In this document: positions 51,907 to 63,098 of the stretch, in pieces
How positions within the stretch are numbered: the first letter of the stretch is position 1
Layout of the letters: each line of letters starts with the position of its first letter
From: Alphaproteobacteria bacterium
Lineage (GTDB): Bacteria > Pseudomonadota > Alphaproteobacteria > SP197
Length of the DNA: 64,000 nt
Reading direction: 5' to 3'
NCBI GenBank assembly: GCA_964291415.2
Contig: OZ219917.1
Coordinates: forward strand, 384,001 to 448,000
Made by a program: the position numbers and the translations under genes
Notes under the pieces: model-generated
Database searches by the model: none
Told to the model about the DNA's origin: nothing
What the model saw: the letters and a program-made list of their open reading frames with translations, nothing else

Positions 51907-52628
51907 GCGCCGCCGGTTGCTCACCGCGGGAAGAGCCGATGACTCGGCCAGAAAAGTTCCAGCGTCGGTCCCATCTCTACCGGATCTGTCGCGAGGCCGG
52001 CGCCCACTGGCGCGCCATGAACGGCTTTGGCGTGCCGGCGCACTATGGCGATGTCGATGGCGAGACCGCCGACGCGGCGCATCTGGCCATTGCCGACCTG
52101 ACGGCATTGCCGCGGGCAGGATACAAGGGCTGGGGAATGGCGGACTGGATCCAGAGCCAGGGGGTGTCCCTGCCCGAGCCCAACCGGGCCTCCCGCCAGG
52201 AAGACGGCACCCTGGCCTGCCGGCTTTCCTCCGGGGAACTCCTGCTGCTCGCCGATGACGACCAGGCGTCGCTGATCGATCGTCTCGGAGAGGCCTGGTC
52301 CGTCGACGATGCCGTCTGCTTTCCGGTCCCGCGCGCCGATGCCAGTGCGCGCCTTGCCGTGACCGGTGACGAGAGCGCGGCGATGATGGCGAAGATGTGC
52401 GGTGTCGACCTGCGAGGCCACCGCTTTGCCGACCACGCCATCGCCCAGACCAGCGTGGCCCGCATGAATGTCATCGTCCTGCGCAACGACCGGGGCGCCT
52501 CACCCGCCTATGACCTGATCTTCGACAGCGCCTCGGCGGTCTACCTTTGGGGATGTCTTGTCGACGCCATGGCGGAGTTCGGCGGACGCATCGTCGGCAT
52601 CGATGCCCTCGACGCGCTGCGCGGCTGA
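51903..52628 (+). CDS. Sarcosine oxidase gamma-like / N-methylglutamate dehydrogenase subunit D
   Basis: DLTALPRAGYKG, KMCGVDL, AQTSVAR, YLWGCLVDAMAEF. Confidence 0.8.
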   Translation: MSAAGCSPREEPMTRPEKFQRRSHLYRICREAGAHWRAMNGFGVPAHYGDVDGETADAAHLAIADLTALPRAGYKGWGMADWIQSQGVSLPEPNRASRQEDGTLACRLSSGELLLLADDDQASLIDRLGEAWSVDDAVCFPVPRADASARLAVTGDESAAMMAKMCGVDLRGHRFADHAIAQTSVARMNVIVLRNDRGASPAYDLIFDSASAVYLWGCLVDAMAEFGGRIVGIDALDALRG

Positions 52629-52635
52629 TCCCGGA

Positions 52636-53586
52636 TCAGGAACGCTCCAAGCAACGTTTCTCGATCGCGTCCCACACCATCGACTCCAGTTTGCTGCCGT
52701 CGAAACGGTTGATCTCCTGGATTCCGGTCGGTGAGGTGACATTGATTTCCGTCAGCCAGTCGCCGATGACATCGATGCCGACGAGAACCATGCCGCGGCG
52801 TACCAGTTCCGGTCCGATGATGCGGCAGATCTCGAGGTCGCGGGGAGTCATGGCCGCCCGCTCGGGTCGGCCTCCGACATGCATGTTGGAGCGTGCCTCG
52901 CCCCTGGGCGGCACGCGATTGATGACACCGGCCGGTTCGCCGTCGATGAGAATGATCCGCCTGTCCCCCTGTCGGACTTCCGGCAGGTAGGTCTGGACCA
53001 TCAAGGGCTCCCGCGAGACGCCGGTGAACATTTCGTGCAGCGAGGCAAGGTTCTCGTCTCCGGGCGGGATGTGGAAGACGCCGGCGCCGCCGTTGCCATA
53101 GAGCGGCTTGATGATGATGTCGCGGTGCTCGTCACGAAACGTCCTCATCGCCTCCAGGGAACGGGTGATCAGGGTCGGCGGCATGATGCCCGGAAACTCC
53201 GTCGCGAAGAGTTTTTCCGGCGCGTTCCTCACGCCGGCCGGGTCGTTGACGACCAGGGTGGCGGGAAGGAGTTTCTCGAGAAGGTGGGTGGCGGTGATGT
53301 AGGCCATGTCGAACGGCGGGTCCTGGCGCATGAGCACCACGTCAACCGTCGCCAGATCCAGCCAGCGAGCCTCGCCGAGACTGACATGGTCTCCCTTCCT
53401 GCGCCTCAGGGCCATCGGCCGGCAGCGGGCGACGACGGCGCCGTCGCGGAACACCAGATCGTCCGGCTGATAGACCCACAACCTGTGACCGCGTTCCTGG
53501 GCCTCGAGAGCGAGAACGAAGGTGGTGTCCGCATCGATGTCGATGGATTCCACCGGGTCCATCTGGAAGGCAACGTCCAGCGTCAT
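52636..53586 (-). CDS. gshB: Glutathione synthetase
   Basis: [33 protein letters not shown]. Confidence 0.96.
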   Translation of the reverse strand: MTLDVAFQMDPVESIDIDADTTFVLALEAQERGHRLWVYQPDDLVFRDGAVVARCRPMALRRRKGDHVSLGEARWLDLATVDVVLMRQDPPFDMAYITATHLLEKLLPATLVVNDPAGVRNAPEKLFATEFPGIMPPTLITRSLEAMRTFRDEHRDIIIKPLYGNGGAGVFHIPPGDENLASLHEMFTGVSREPLMVQTYLPEVRQGDRRIILIDGEPAGVINRVPPRGEARSNMHVGGRPERAAMTPRDLEICRIIGPELVRRGMVLVGIDVIGDWLTEINVTSPTGIQEINRFDGSKLESMVWDAIEKRCLERS

Positions 53587-53597
53587 GGAATCGAGGC

Positions 53598-54176
53598 TCA
53601 GCCGTCCAGGGTGCGAACGTAGCTCACCACTTCTTCGACACCGGATATCGTGCGCGCATGGTTGAGCACGCGTTCGAGTTCAGCGTCATCCCTGGCGATT
53701 CCCGTGATGTAGACCACGCGATCGACGGTCTCCACGTTGAAGTTGATCTTGGAGACGTCGGAATCGAACAGCAGCAGGGCGCGCAATTCGTTGGAGATGG
53801 CGATATCCGCGAGGGACGTGCTTCCGGCATTGGCCGCGTCGACATCGATCTCGTTCCTCACCTCGGCGACTCCCTCGGCCTGCCAGGCAAGCCGCACGGC
53901 CTCCATGCGCAAGCGTGCTTCTGCGACGTTCCCGGTAAGCAGGACGCGTCCCTCGGTCACATCGAGGGTGACACCTGAAAGCGCGCCTTCGTTGGTCTCG
54001 TTGAACTGTGTGAAACGCTGGGAAATGTCGAAGGTGACCGCCAGGTCATCGACCTGCTCGCCAAGACTGCGTTCCTCGGCAATCGATACGCCGCTCGTGG
54101 CCACCGCCCCCACGGCAAGGCCGACGCACCCTCCAAGCAATGGCGCGAGGACAAGGAGAAGGAGTAGGGCGGGCAT
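53598..54176 (-). CDS. Dual BON domain lipoprotein (DolP/YraP-like)
   Basis: Lipobox [21 protein letters not shown], two BON repeats. Confidence 0.85.
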   Translation of the reverse strand: MPALLLLLVLAPLLGGCVGLAVGAVATSGVSIAEERSLGEQVDDLAVTFDISQRFTQFNETNEGALSGVTLDVTEGRVLLTGNVAEARLRMEAVRLAWQAEGVAEVRNEIDVDAANAGSTSLADIAISNELRALLLFDSDVSKINFNVETVDRVVYITGIARDDAELERVLNHARTISGVEEVVSYVRTLDG

Positions 54177-54277
54177 GGCGCCTCTGATGGATGGACGGGT
54201 TTCATAATGCGCCCATCACGCCGCTCTGTTCAAGGTCGCCTGGACCTTGCCGGCGCCGCAGCGCATGATCGCCGGTG

Positions 54278-55549
54278 ATGACGCGAACGCTATTCATCAT
54301 CGTCGCCGTGGCTCTGGCAGCATGCAAGACCGTGCCGGAGAATGCAGCCGTCGTCAGTGAACCGGAATCGAAAGTGGAGGAGACGGGTCCGGCCCTCGAA
54401 CCGGACGAGCCCGGCATCGCCACCGGATCGGCGGATGGCTACAAGGTCGGATTCCTGGTACCGCTGTCCGGGGAGCATGGCGGTCTGGGCCGAAGCCTTC
54501 TTGATGCCGCCACCCTGGCGCTCTTCGACGTCGGTCGCGACGACATCGAACTCGTCGTCGCGGATACCGCCCACGGTGCGGCGGCGGCCGCCCGGCAGGT
54601 CGTCACCACCGGTGTCGATGCGGTGATCGGACCGTTGCTGGCCCGGTCCATCGACGAGGCTGCAGGGATACTCGCCGGACCGGAAAGGCATGTCTTCAGC
54701 CTCACGTCCGGTGCCGCTGCTGCCGGTGCCGGCATCCTTGCAATGGGCCACACTCCGGACCAGCAGGTACGACGCCTTGTGAACCATGCCGTGGCGACCG
54801 GCAACGTGCGCTTTGCCCTGCTGGCGCCGCGGTCTCCCTTCGGCGAACGCATGGCCGGAATCCTGCGCATGGCCGTTGCCGAGGCAGGCGGGCTTGTGAC
54901 TGCCGAGGTGTTTCATGACCCTGCAGGAACCGATATCGATGCCGCTGTCGCGGCTCTGGCCGCCACTCCCGTTCATCCTGGCGACACGGCCCGCGCCATC
55001 GCCTGGTTGCAGGACCAGGAGGGGCTCGCCGCGGAGGTTGCGATCGAAAGGCTGCTCGGTCCCGGAAGCCAGCGCGCCTTCGATGCCGTGTTCCTTCCCG
55101 GTTCCAGTCCGCTCCTGCAGAGAATTGCCGCCTGGATGGGCCATCACGACTTTCTCGCCGGTGATGTCCAGCTGTTCGGCCTCGACACCCTCGACGACGC
55201 GGCGCTGTTTCGCGAACCGCTCATGAACGGCGCGTGGTTCGCCGTGCCACCCGATGCCGGACGCAGCGCCATGCTCGGCCGCTATCGCGACACCTTCGGT
55301 TACGACCCGGACGATGCGGTGACACCCGCCTATGACGCCATGGCGCTGGTTTCCGCCGTCATCTCGGGTCCGCGGCAACGCCAGATCGACGACTGGCGGG
55401 GCTTCGGCGGGATCGACGGACTCTTCCGCTTCCGTGCGGACGGTCGCACCGAACGACAGCTTGCCGTCATGCGTATCACCCCGACGGGACCTGTCGTCGA
55501 GGATTCCGCGCCGGTCGCCTTCACCCCGCCGGCGGATCCTGGCGCCTGA
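54278..55549 (+). CDS. Penicillin-binding protein activator (LpoA-like) lipoprotein
   Basis: Lipobox LAAC, VGFLVPLSG, VIGPL, GFGGIDGLFRFRADG. Confidence 0.75.
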   Translation: MTRTLFIIVAVALAACKTVPENAAVVSEPESKVEETGPALEPDEPGIATGSADGYKVGFLVPLSGEHGGLGRSLLDAATLALFDVGRDDIELVVADTAHGAAAAARQVVTTGVDAVIGPLLARSIDEAAGILAGPERHVFSLTSGAAAAGAGILAMGHTPDQQVRRLVNHAVATGNVRFALLAPRSPFGERMAGILRMAVAEAGGLVTAEVFHDPAGTDIDAAVAALAATPVHPGDTARAIAWLQDQEGLAAEVAIERLLGPGSQRAFDAVFLPGSSPLLQRIAAWMGHHDFLAGDVQLFGLDTLDDAALFREPLMNGAWFAVPPDAGRSAMLGRYRDTFGYDPDDAVTPAYDAMALVSAVISGPRQRQIDDWRGFGGIDGLFRFRADGRTERQLAVMRITPTGPVVEDSAPVAFTPPADPGA

Positions 55550-55561
55550 GGCGCTCCACGA

Positions 55562-56719
55562 CTACAGAAGCTTGTTCAGGACGGCGTTGAGGACATCGTG
55601 ACCACGGGGGGTCGCGGCGAGACCGCCGTTGCGGCGGCTGAGGAAGCCGGCGTCGATCAGGGTGCCAAGCGCTGCCGCATCGAGGCGGTCGGACCAGTCA
55701 GGACCGGCCGCGCGGACGAGGTCGTCACCAGCGAGGCCCGCTGTGAGGCGCAGCCCCATCATGAGCACTTCCCGCAGACGCTCCGTCCCCTTCACCGTTT
55801 CCCTGTCACGGGTCGCATGACCGTGTTCGTGGACACGCGCCAGCCAGGTCTCCGGACGCCGTTCCTGGCGCCGCTCGATGCTGACCCCTGGTGAGGAGTC
55901 GAGACGGCCGCAGGCGCCGGGACCGACACCGACCCACTCGCCGGAACGCCAGTAGACGAGATTGTGGCGACATTCCTCTCCCGGCCGCGCGTGATTGGAT
56001 ATCTCGTAGGCCGGCAAGCCTGCCTGCGAGGCAAGATCCTGAGTGACGTCGCGCATGTCGGCCCGCGCATCGGCAGGCGGAAGGTTGAGGTCTCCGCGCG
56101 CTGCCAGCGTTGCAAACCGGGTGCCAGGCTCAATGGTGAGCTGGTAGAGCGACAGGTGATCCGCGCCCAGGGCAAGCGCCCCGGCCAGTTCGTCGCGCCA
56201 GCCGGGAATGGTCTGGCCGCTGCGGCCATAGATGAGATCGAAGGAGAGGCGATCGAAGGTGCGTCGTCCGGCCGCGATGGCGGCGCGGGCGTCGGCAACG
56301 TCATGGCGCCGGCCGAGTGCCCGCAGGCCAGCGTCGTCGAGAGCCTGAACGCCGATCGAGATACGGTTGATGCCGGCGCTGCGGTAACAGGTAAAGCGAC
56401 TGGCGTCCGATGAGCCCGGGTTCGCCTCCAGGGTCACCTCCACATCCGGTCCGGCGGTCCAGTGACCGGCGATCGCCGAGAGGACCGCCTCGACCGTCGC
56501 CGGCGCCATGAGTGACGGTGTTCCGCCGCCGAAAAAGACGCTCGTCACCTCGCGCCCTTGCGTCAGGGAGGCCATGAAGGCGATTTCGCACGTGAGGGCA
56601 CGGCTCCATGACTCTTCGTCGATGACCGTGCGGACATGGCTGTTGAAGTCGCAGTAGGGACACTTCGAATGACAGAAGGGCCAGTGAACATAGACCCCGA
56701 ATCCCGGGGCCGCCGTCAT
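55562..56719 (-). CDS. hemW: Radical SAM heme chaperone HemW
   Basis: YVHWPFCHSKCPYCDFNS, GGGTPS, YEISN, HNLVYW. Confidence 0.93.
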   Translation of the reverse strand: MTAAPGFGVYVHWPFCHSKCPYCDFNSHVRTVIDEESWSRALTCEIAFMASLTQGREVTSVFFGGGTPSLMAPATVEAVLSAIAGHWTAGPDVEVTLEANPGSSDASRFTCYRSAGINRISIGVQALDDAGLRALGRRHDVADARAAIAAGRRTFDRLSFDLIYGRSGQTIPGWRDELAGALALGADHLSLYQLTIEPGTRFATLAARGDLNLPPADARADMRDVTQDLASQAGLPAYEISNHARPGEECRHNLVYWRSGEWVGVGPGACGRLDSSPGVSIERRQERRPETWLARVHEHGHATRDRETVKGTERLREVLMMGLRLTAGLAGDDLVRAAGPDWSDRLDAAALGTLIDAGFLSRRNGGLAATPRGHDVLNAVLNKLL

Positions 56720-57300
56720 GCCAACGCCGCCATGAGCGCGCGGAAGGCACGGGCGCGATGGTTGGTGGCCATCTTTCCGTTCATCGACATCTCGCCATAG
56801 GTCAGGACATCCCCGGCGGGCACGAAGACGGGATCATAGCCGAACCCGTTCGTTCCCCTCGGTGGAAAGGTGAGCGTTCCCTCGACCACGCCGGAGAAGG
56901 TCCGGCTTGTTCCGTCCGGCCAGGTCAGGGCCAGAACACAGTGGAAGGCGGCATCGGGGGCCGGCACTCCGGCAAGGAGACGCTCGAGCCGGACGATGGC
57001 GGCGGCAAAGTCGCGGGTCTCCCCCGCCCAGCGGGCGGAGTGGATTCCCGGTGCGCCGTCGAGCGCGGCGACAGCAAGGCCGGAATCATCGGCCAGCGCC
57101 GGCAGGCCCGTTGCCTGCGTGGCGCTTGTGGCCTTCAGCAGCGCATTGGCTGCAAAGGTCTCCCCGGTCTCCTCCGGGACGGCAAGGCCCAGTTCACCCG
57201 CACCCGTCACGCGGACATCGAGACCGCGCAGGAGATCGGCAATCTCCGCCACCTTGCCGGCATTGTGGCTGGCAATGACGAGGTGTGGCGGAAGCGCCAT
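56716..57300 (-). CDS. rdgB: Non-canonical purine NTP pyrophosphatase
   Basis: ASHNAGK, ADDSGL, PGIHSARW, GFGYDP, NHRARA. Confidence 0.93.
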   Translation of the reverse strand: MALPPHLVIASHNAGKVAEIADLLRGLDVRVTGAGELGLAVPEETGETFAANALLKATSATQATGLPALADDSGLAVAALDGAPGIHSARWAGETRDFAAAIVRLERLLAGVPAPDAAFHCVLALTWPDGTSRTFSGVVEGTLTFPPRGTNGFGYDPVFVPAGDVLTYGEMSMNGKMATNHRARAFRALMAALA

Positions 57301-58016
57301 CAACCCGTTCCCAGTGCCGAGCGCTGCAGTCCGACGATATGGTCGATGCCGTCTCGGGCGAGATCGAACAGCTGGTCGAACTGGTCGCGGGTGAAGGCCT
57401 TTCTCTCGGCGGTCGTCTGGATCTCGATGATGGTGCCCGTGTCCGTCATCACGAAGTTGGCATCGGCCTCGGCCGCGGAATCCTCCTCGTAGTCGAGATC
57501 GAGAACCACGACACCGCCAACGATTCCGCACGATACGGCCGCCACCATGCCGGTCACCGGCCGGACATCCTGGCCGGGAAGGACGGTATCGATGGCCTGG
57601 CGAAGGGCCACATACGCTCCCGTGATGGCCGCCGTGCGGGTGCCGCCATCGGCCTCGATGACGTCGCAGTCGACGATGAACTGGCGTTCGCCCAGCTTTG
57701 CAGGATCGATCACGGCCCTCAGGCTGCGGCCGATGAGGCGCTGAATCTCGAGAGTCCGGCCGGACTGCCTGCCGCGCGACGCCTCGCGCACGGTGCGAGA
57801 GTGGGTGGAGCGCGGCAGCATGCCGTACTCCGCGGTGATCCAGCCGCGTCCCTGGCCTCTCATCCACACCGGAACGCGGCCTTCGAGAGAGGCGGTGCAC
57901 AGCACCCGGGTATGGCCGAAACGCACCATGCAGGAACCCTCCGCGTGTCGCGCGGCGCCGGTGTGGAGTTCAATCGTGCGCAACTCGTCGGCAGCGCGGC
58001 CGGATGGTCGGGTCAT
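57300..58016 (-). CDS. rph: Ribonuclease PH
   Basis: [42 protein letters not shown]. Confidence 0.96.
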   Translation of the reverse strand: MTRPSGRAADELRTIELHTGAARHAEGSCMVRFGHTRVLCTASLEGRVPVWMRGQGRGWITAEYGMLPRSTHSRTVREASRGRQSGRTLEIQRLIGRSLRAVIDPAKLGERQFIVDCDVIEADGGTRTAAITGAYVALRQAIDTVLPGQDVRPVTGMVAAVSCGIVGGVVVLDLDYEEDSAAEADANFVMTDTGTIIEIQTTAERKAFTRDQFDQLFDLARDGIDHIVGLQRSALGTG

Positions 58017-58098
58017 GGCTTGGCAAGAGGAGGCGGTGAACCCGCAAACTAGACCTTGGGGGCGATCTTGGGAAGTGCGTCCTGGCCCCCCGGAACAC

Positions 58099-58127
58099 GT
58101 TGAATTCAGGGACATCAGTTCCTACAT
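58099..58127 (+). promoter_or_regulatory. Putative RpoH (sigma32) promoter for hrcA-grpE
   Basis: GTTGAA, 16-nt spacer, CCTACAT; resembles the alphaproteobacterial heat-shock promoter consensus. Confidence 0.5.
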
Positions 58128-58199
58128 GGACTGCGGCGGGATGTCCTTCGCTGCAGCTGTCGATGGCGACAGCGGCAATGTTCACACACGGCGGGCCTT

Positions 58200-59243
58200 G
58201 TGATTCACGAACTCGACAGCCGGTCACGCAAGATTCTCAGCATTCTCGTGGACGAGTTTGTCCGCACGGGAGAGCCGGTCGGTTCACGTTCGATCGCCCG
58301 CAAGTTCCCGAGCACGCTGTCGGCCACGTCCGTGCGCAACATCATGTCGGACCTCGAGGATGCCGGCCTCATCGCCGCTCCTCACACGAGCGCCGGCCGC
58401 CAGCCCACCGATCTCGGACTCAGGCTCTTTGTCGAAGCCCTCCTGGAGATCGGGGATCCCTCCGGCGACGACCGTGCGGCGATCGCTGCGGCCTGTCAGG
58501 AAGCGGGCCGCAATTACGAGGAGGTCCTTGAGGCGGCGACCAATCTTCTTTCGGACCTCACGCACCATGCCGGTGTAGTCGTGGCGCCGAAGATAGACAC
58601 GCCCTACCGCCACATCGAGTTCGTGTCCCTGTCCGCCGACCGGGCCCTCGTCATCGTCGTCCACGAGAACGGCATGGTGGAGAACCGCATCATCCAGCTT
58701 CCTTCGGGAGTCACGCCTTCGACCCTCGTGCGCGCCGGCAACTATCTCTCGGCGCGGCTCGCGGGACGGACCTTCTCCGAGGCGGTGGACGAGATCAACC
58801 GCGAACTCGATCTCCACGAAGCGGAACTCGACACCCTCTCGAGGCGGGTCGTGGAAGCCGGTATCGCCACATGGACGGAGGACCAGGCCGACGATGACCG
58901 CGCCATACTGATCGTTCGGGGACAGGCCAACCTGCTCGACGACATCAAGGCCATGGCCGATCTCGAGCGCATTCGCGACCTGCTCGACAAACTCGACCAG
59001 GCGCGGCACATGATGCAGCTCATCGATCTCACCCAGGACGCTGACGGTGTCAGCATCTTCATTGGCGCCGACAACGATCTCTTCCGCCTGTCGGGTTGCG
59101 CCACCATCGTGGCGCCGGTCACCGATGCATCGCGACGTTTCATCGGCACCCTGGGCGTTATCGGCCCGACCCGCATGAACTACGCCCGGATCATTCCCAT
59201 GGTGGATTACACGGCGCGGGTGGTCGGCCGCCTGCTGGGCTGA
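58200..59243 (+). CDS. hrcA: Heat-inducible transcription repressor HrcA
   Basis: GEPVGSR, SATSVRNIMSDLE, PHTSAGRQPT, GVIGPTRMNY. Confidence 0.95.
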   Translation: MIHELDSRSRKILSILVDEFVRTGEPVGSRSIARKFPSTLSATSVRNIMSDLEDAGLIAAPHTSAGRQPTDLGLRLFVEALLEIGDPSGDDRAAIAAACQEAGRNYEEVLEAATNLLSDLTHHAGVVVAPKIDTPYRHIEFVSLSADRALVIVVHENGMVENRIIQLPSGVTPSTLVRAGNYLSARLAGRTFSEAVDEINRELDLHEAELDTLSRRVVEAGIATWTEDQADDDRAILIVRGQANLLDDIKAMADLERIRDLLDKLDQARHMMQLIDLTQDADGVSIFIGADNDLFRLSGCATIVAPVTDASRRFIGTLGVIGPTRMNYARIIPMVDYTARVVGRLLG

Positions 59244-59275
59244 CGACCGCACCGAGAGGCAAACAGGAAGGACAG

Positions 59276-59866
59276 ATGACAAGCAAACCCGAAACAGAAA
59301 CCGACGAGGCCGCGGAGTGCGGCGACGGAATCGAGGCGGCTGAGGCGGAAGAAGCCGCCGCCGATACGGAGGTCGACGACCAGGAAGCCCGGATCGCCGA
59401 ACTTGAGGAGGAGGTGTCGGATCTCAAGGACCGCCTGCTGCGGTCTGCGGCCGAGACGGACAACATCAGGAAGCGCTCCCTCAAGGATGTCGATGATGCC
59501 AGGAAGTTCGCCACGCGGCAGTTTTCCGCAGATGTGCTGGCGGTCGCCGACAACCTCGCGCGGGCCCTGGAATACGTCACCGACGAGGCGCGCAAGGATG
59601 ATGGGAGCAAGGGACTCATCGAAGGCGTCGAGATGACCCTCAAGGAGTTCGCCAGCATTCTCGAACGGCACGGGATTCGTCCCGTCGAGGCCATGGGCGC
59701 ACCCTTCGATCCCAATCTCCACCAGGCGATGTTCGAGGTGGAGAGCGCCGACGTCGCGGCCGGGCACGTCATGCAGGTCATGCGTGTCGGCTACACGATA
59801 CACGATCGCCTGCTTCGACCGGCCATGGTGGGCGTGGCGAAGGCGCCGGCGGACGACCAGGCATGA
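59276..59866 (+). CDS. grpE: Nucleotide exchange factor GrpE
   Basis: AETDNIRKR, FDPNLHQAM, GYTIHDRLLRPAMVGV. Confidence 0.95.
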   Translation: MTSKPETETDEAAECGDGIEAAEAEEAAADTEVDDQEARIAELEEEVSDLKDRLLRSAAETDNIRKRSLKDVDDARKFATRQFSADVLAVADNLARALEYVTDEARKDDGSKGLIEGVEMTLKEFASILERHGIRPVEAMGAPFDPNLHQAMFEVESADVAAGHVMQVMRVGYTIHDRLLRPAMVGVAKAPADDQA

Positions 59867-59903
59867 AGGTCCGTCCCTCTTTCGTGACGAACGGGGTCCG
59901 CGT

Positions 59904-59931
59904 CTTGCGGGCGGGCCAGCGAGACCTATAT
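59904..59931 (+). promoter_or_regulatory. Putative RpoH (sigma32) promoter for dnaK-dnaJ
   Basis: CTTG, 17-nt spacer, CCTATAT. Confidence 0.65.
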
Positions 59932-60029
59932 CTCAACCACTACAGTGACATGAAGACCTGGGGGTCAATGCGGAGCGCCGGGAACCGGGCTTCGACACCG
60001 ATCCGCCGAAACCTTGGGGAGTTGACGTC

Positions 60030-61928
60030 ATGAGCAAAGTCATCGGTATCGATCTTGGAACCACCAATTCGTGTGTGGCCGTCATGGACGGGTCCAATGC
60101 GCGCGTGATCGAGAATGCGGAGGGTGTGCGCACCACGCCGTCGATGGTTGCGTTCAGCGACAGCGGCGAGCGCCTGATCGGGCAGTCGGCCAAGCGCCAG
60201 GCCGTGACCAATCCCGAAGCCACCCTGTTTGCCATCAAGCGCCTCATCGGCCGGCGTATCGATGACCCGATGACCCGCAAGGACATGGATCTCGTTCCCT
60301 ACAAGATCGTCAAGGCGGACAATGGCGATGCCTGGGTTGCCGCCAGGGGAGAGAACTACAGTCCCAGCCAGATCAGCGCCTTCATCCTGCAGAAGATGAA
60401 GGAGACCGCCGAGGCCCATCTCGGGCAGCCCGTGACGCAGGCGATCATCACCGTTCCCGCCTACTTCAATGACAGCCAGCGCCAGGCCACCAAGGATGCC
60501 GGCAAGATCGCCGGGCTGGAGGTTCTGCGCATCATCAACGAACCGACCGCGGCCGCACTGGCCTACGGTCTCGACAAGAAGGATTCCGGCACCATCGTCG
60601 TCTACGACCTCGGCGGCGGCACCTTTGATGTATCGGTACTCGAGATCGGCGATGGCGTCTTCGAGGTCAAGTCGACCAACGGCAACACCTTTCTCGGTGG
60701 CGAGGACTTCGACAAGCGGGTGCTCGACTACCTTGCCGAGGAGTTCCAGAAGGAAAACGGCATTGATCTGAGAGCCGACAAGCTGGCCCTGCAGCGCCTC
60801 AAGGAGGCGGCCGAGAAGGCGAAGATCGAGTTGTCGAGCGCCGTGCAGACAGAGATCAACCTTCCCTTCATCACGGCTGACCAGTCGGGGCCGAAGCACC
60901 TGACGATCAAGCTGACCCGGGCCAAGCTCGAGGCGCTGGTCGATGATCTCATCGAGAGCACGCTGGTTCCCTGCAGAAAGGCGCTCAAGGATGCCGGATA
61001 CTCGGCCGGCGAGGTCGACGAGGTGGTGCTTGTGGGCGGCATGACGCGCATGCCCAAGGTGCAGCAGAAAGTGCAGCAGTTCTTCGGCAGGGAACCGCAC
61101 AAGGGGGTCAATCCCGACGAGGTCGTGGCCATCGGGGCAGCCATCCAGGGCGGCATCCTGCAGGGCGACGTCAAGGACGTCCTGCTGCTCGACGTCACCC
61201 CGCTTTCCCTCGGAATCGAGACGCTTGGCGGTGTCTTCACCCGCCTGATCGACCGCAACACGACAATACCGACTCGCAAGAGTCAGGTCTTCTCGACGGC
61301 CGACGACAACCAGACGGCGGTCACGATCAGGGTGTCCCAGGGCGAACGGGAGATGGCGGCCAACAACAAGCTGCTGGGGCAGTTTGATCTCGTCGGCATC
61401 GCCCCGGCGCCACGCGGCATCCCGCAGATCGAGGTCACGTTTGACATCGACGCCAACGGTATCGTCAACGTGTCGGCCAAGGACAAGGCGACCAGCAAGG
61501 AACAGCAGATCCGCATCCAGGCCTCCGGCGGGCTGAGCGATGACGAGATCGAGTCGATGGTGAAGGACGCGGAGAGCCATGCCGAGGAGGACACCAGGAA
61601 GCGTGCCCTCGTCGAGGCGAGGAACGCCGCCGATGCGCTCATCCATGCCACCGAACAGCAGCTCGGCGAACATGGCGACAAGGTGGAGCCCGACATCAGG
61701 ACATCCATCGAGACAGCCATGTCGGATCTCCGCGAGGCACGTGACGGCGAGGATGTCGAGGCGATCCAGTCGGCCACCCAGGCCCTGACCCAGGCGGCCA
61801 TGAAGCTCGGTGAGGCGATCTACCGGAACCAGCAGGAAACCTCCGCCGGTGACGGGGATGGCAGTGACGGTGTCGTGGATGCCGACTTCGAGGAAGTTGA
61901 CGACGACAGGAAGAGCGGCACCGCCTGA
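60030..61928 (+). CDS. dnaK: Chaperone DnaK
   Basis: [32 protein letters not shown]. Confidence 0.98.
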   Translation: MSKVIGIDLGTTNSCVAVMDGSNARVIENAEGVRTTPSMVAFSDSGERLIGQSAKRQAVTNPEATLFAIKRLIGRRIDDPMTRKDMDLVPYKIVKADNGDAWVAARGENYSPSQISAFILQKMKETAEAHLGQPVTQAIITVPAYFNDSQRQATKDAGKIAGLEVLRIINEPTAAALAYGLDKKDSGTIVVYDLGGGTFDVSVLEIGDGVFEVKSTNGNTFLGGEDFDKRVLDYLAEEFQKENGIDLRADKLALQRLKEAAEKAKIELSSAVQTEINLPFITADQSGPKHLTIKLTRAKLEALVDDLIESTLVPCRKALKDAGYSAGEVDEVVLVGGMTRMPKVQQKVQQFFGREPHKGVNPDEVVAIGAAIQGGILQGDVKDVLLLDVTPLSLGIETLGGVFTRLIDRNTTIPTRKSQVFSTADDNQTAVTIRVSQGEREMAANNKLLGQFDLVGIAPAPRGIPQIEVTFDIDANGIVNVSAKDKATSKEQQIRIQASGGLSDDEIESMVKDAESHAEEDTRKRALVEARNAADALIHATEQQLGEHGDKVEPDIRTSIETAMSDLREARDGEDVEAIQSATQALTQAAMKLGEAIYRNQQETSAGDGDGSDGVVDADFEEVDDDRKSGTA

Positions 61929-61951
61929 CCGTCACGACACGAGCCAGGGTC

Positions 61952-63079
61952 ATGGCGGAACAGGACTTCTACGATGTGCTCGGTGTCGCTCGGGATGCCG
62001 ATGAGAGCGCCATCAAGAAAGCGTATCGCAAGCTTGCGATGAAGTACCATCCTGACCGCAATGCCGGTGATGCGGCTGCGGAGGTCAGGTTCCGGGAGGT
62101 CAACGAAGCTTACGAGGTTCTCAAGGACTCGCAGAAACGGGCCGCCTACGACCGCTTCGGGCATGCGGCGTTCGACGGCTCCATGGGAACGGGCCAGGGT
62201 CACGACTTCGCCAGCAGCTTCGCGGATGTCTTCGACGACCTCTTCGGCAACTTCGGCGGTGGTGGCCGCCGCCGCCGTGGCGGCGGCATGCAGGGTGCGG
62301 ATCTCCGCCATGACATGGAGATCACCCTCGAGGAGGCGTTTTCCGGCAAGAAGGCCGATATTCGCGTGCCGACCAGCGTGTCCTGCCAGGCGTGCGGCGG
62401 CAGCGGCGCGCAGGATCCCGATGCGACCGCCGCGTGCGGCACATGTTCGGGCTACGGCAAGGTGCGCACCCAGCAGGGCTTCTTCTCGATTGAAAGGACG
62501 TGTCCGGCCTGCGGTGGAGCCGGGCGGGTCATCCGCGATCCCTGCACGGCGTGTTCGGGCTCGGGCCGCGTGCACAGGGAAACGACGCTCAGCGTCACGA
62601 TTCCCCCAGGAATCGAGGATGGCATGCGCATCCGCCTCTCGGGCAAGGGAGAGGCGGGGGTGCGTGGCGGTCCTCCGGGCGATCTCTACATCATCGTCTC
62701 CATCGAGCCGCACCCCTTCTTCCAGCGCGAGGGGGGCACGGTCTACTGCCGTGTGCCGATTTCCATCACCTCTGCGGCCCTGGGCAGGGACGTCGACATT
62801 CCGACCATCGAAGGCACGCGCGCGCGGATCGCCGTTCCCCCTGGAACCCAGACCGGGCGCCAGTTCCGCCTGCGCGGCAAGGGAATGAAGGAGGTGCGCG
62901 GTTCCCAGCGTGGCGACATGATCATCGAAACCGTGGTCGAGACCCCGGTCAACCTGAACTCACGGCAAAAGGAGTTGCTCAGGGAGTTCGACGAGGCCGG
63001 TCACTCGGGCAGGCACAACCCCGAAACGGAAGGTTTTTTCGCACGCGTCAGGGACTTCTGGCAGAATTTGACCGATTGA
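61952..63079 (+). CDS. dnaJ: Chaperone DnaJ
   Basis: J domain HPD, G/F-rich region, four CxxCxGxG repeats. Confidence 0.97.
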   Translation: MAEQDFYDVLGVARDADESAIKKAYRKLAMKYHPDRNAGDAAAEVRFREVNEAYEVLKDSQKRAAYDRFGHAAFDGSMGTGQGHDFASSFADVFDDLFGNFGGGGRRRRGGGMQGADLRHDMEITLEEAFSGKKADIRVPTSVSCQACGGSGAQDPDATAACGTCSGYGKVRTQQGFFSIERTCPACGGAGRVIRDPCTACSGSGRVHRETTLSVTIPPGIEDGMRIRLSGKGEAGVRGGPPGDLYIIVSIEPHPFFQREGGTVYCRVPISITSAALGRDVDIPTIEGTRARIAVPPGTQTGRQFRLRGKGMKEVRGSQRGDMIIETVVETPVNLNSRQKELLREFDEAGHSGRHNPETEGFFARVRDFWQNLTD

Positions 63080-63098
63080 CAAGAACCTGGAGGGATCC

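Noticed and set aside
58017-60029. CIRCE operator near hrcA/grpE/dnaK
   Set aside because: No TTAGCACTC-N9-GAGTGCTAA seen; only RpoH-like promoters.
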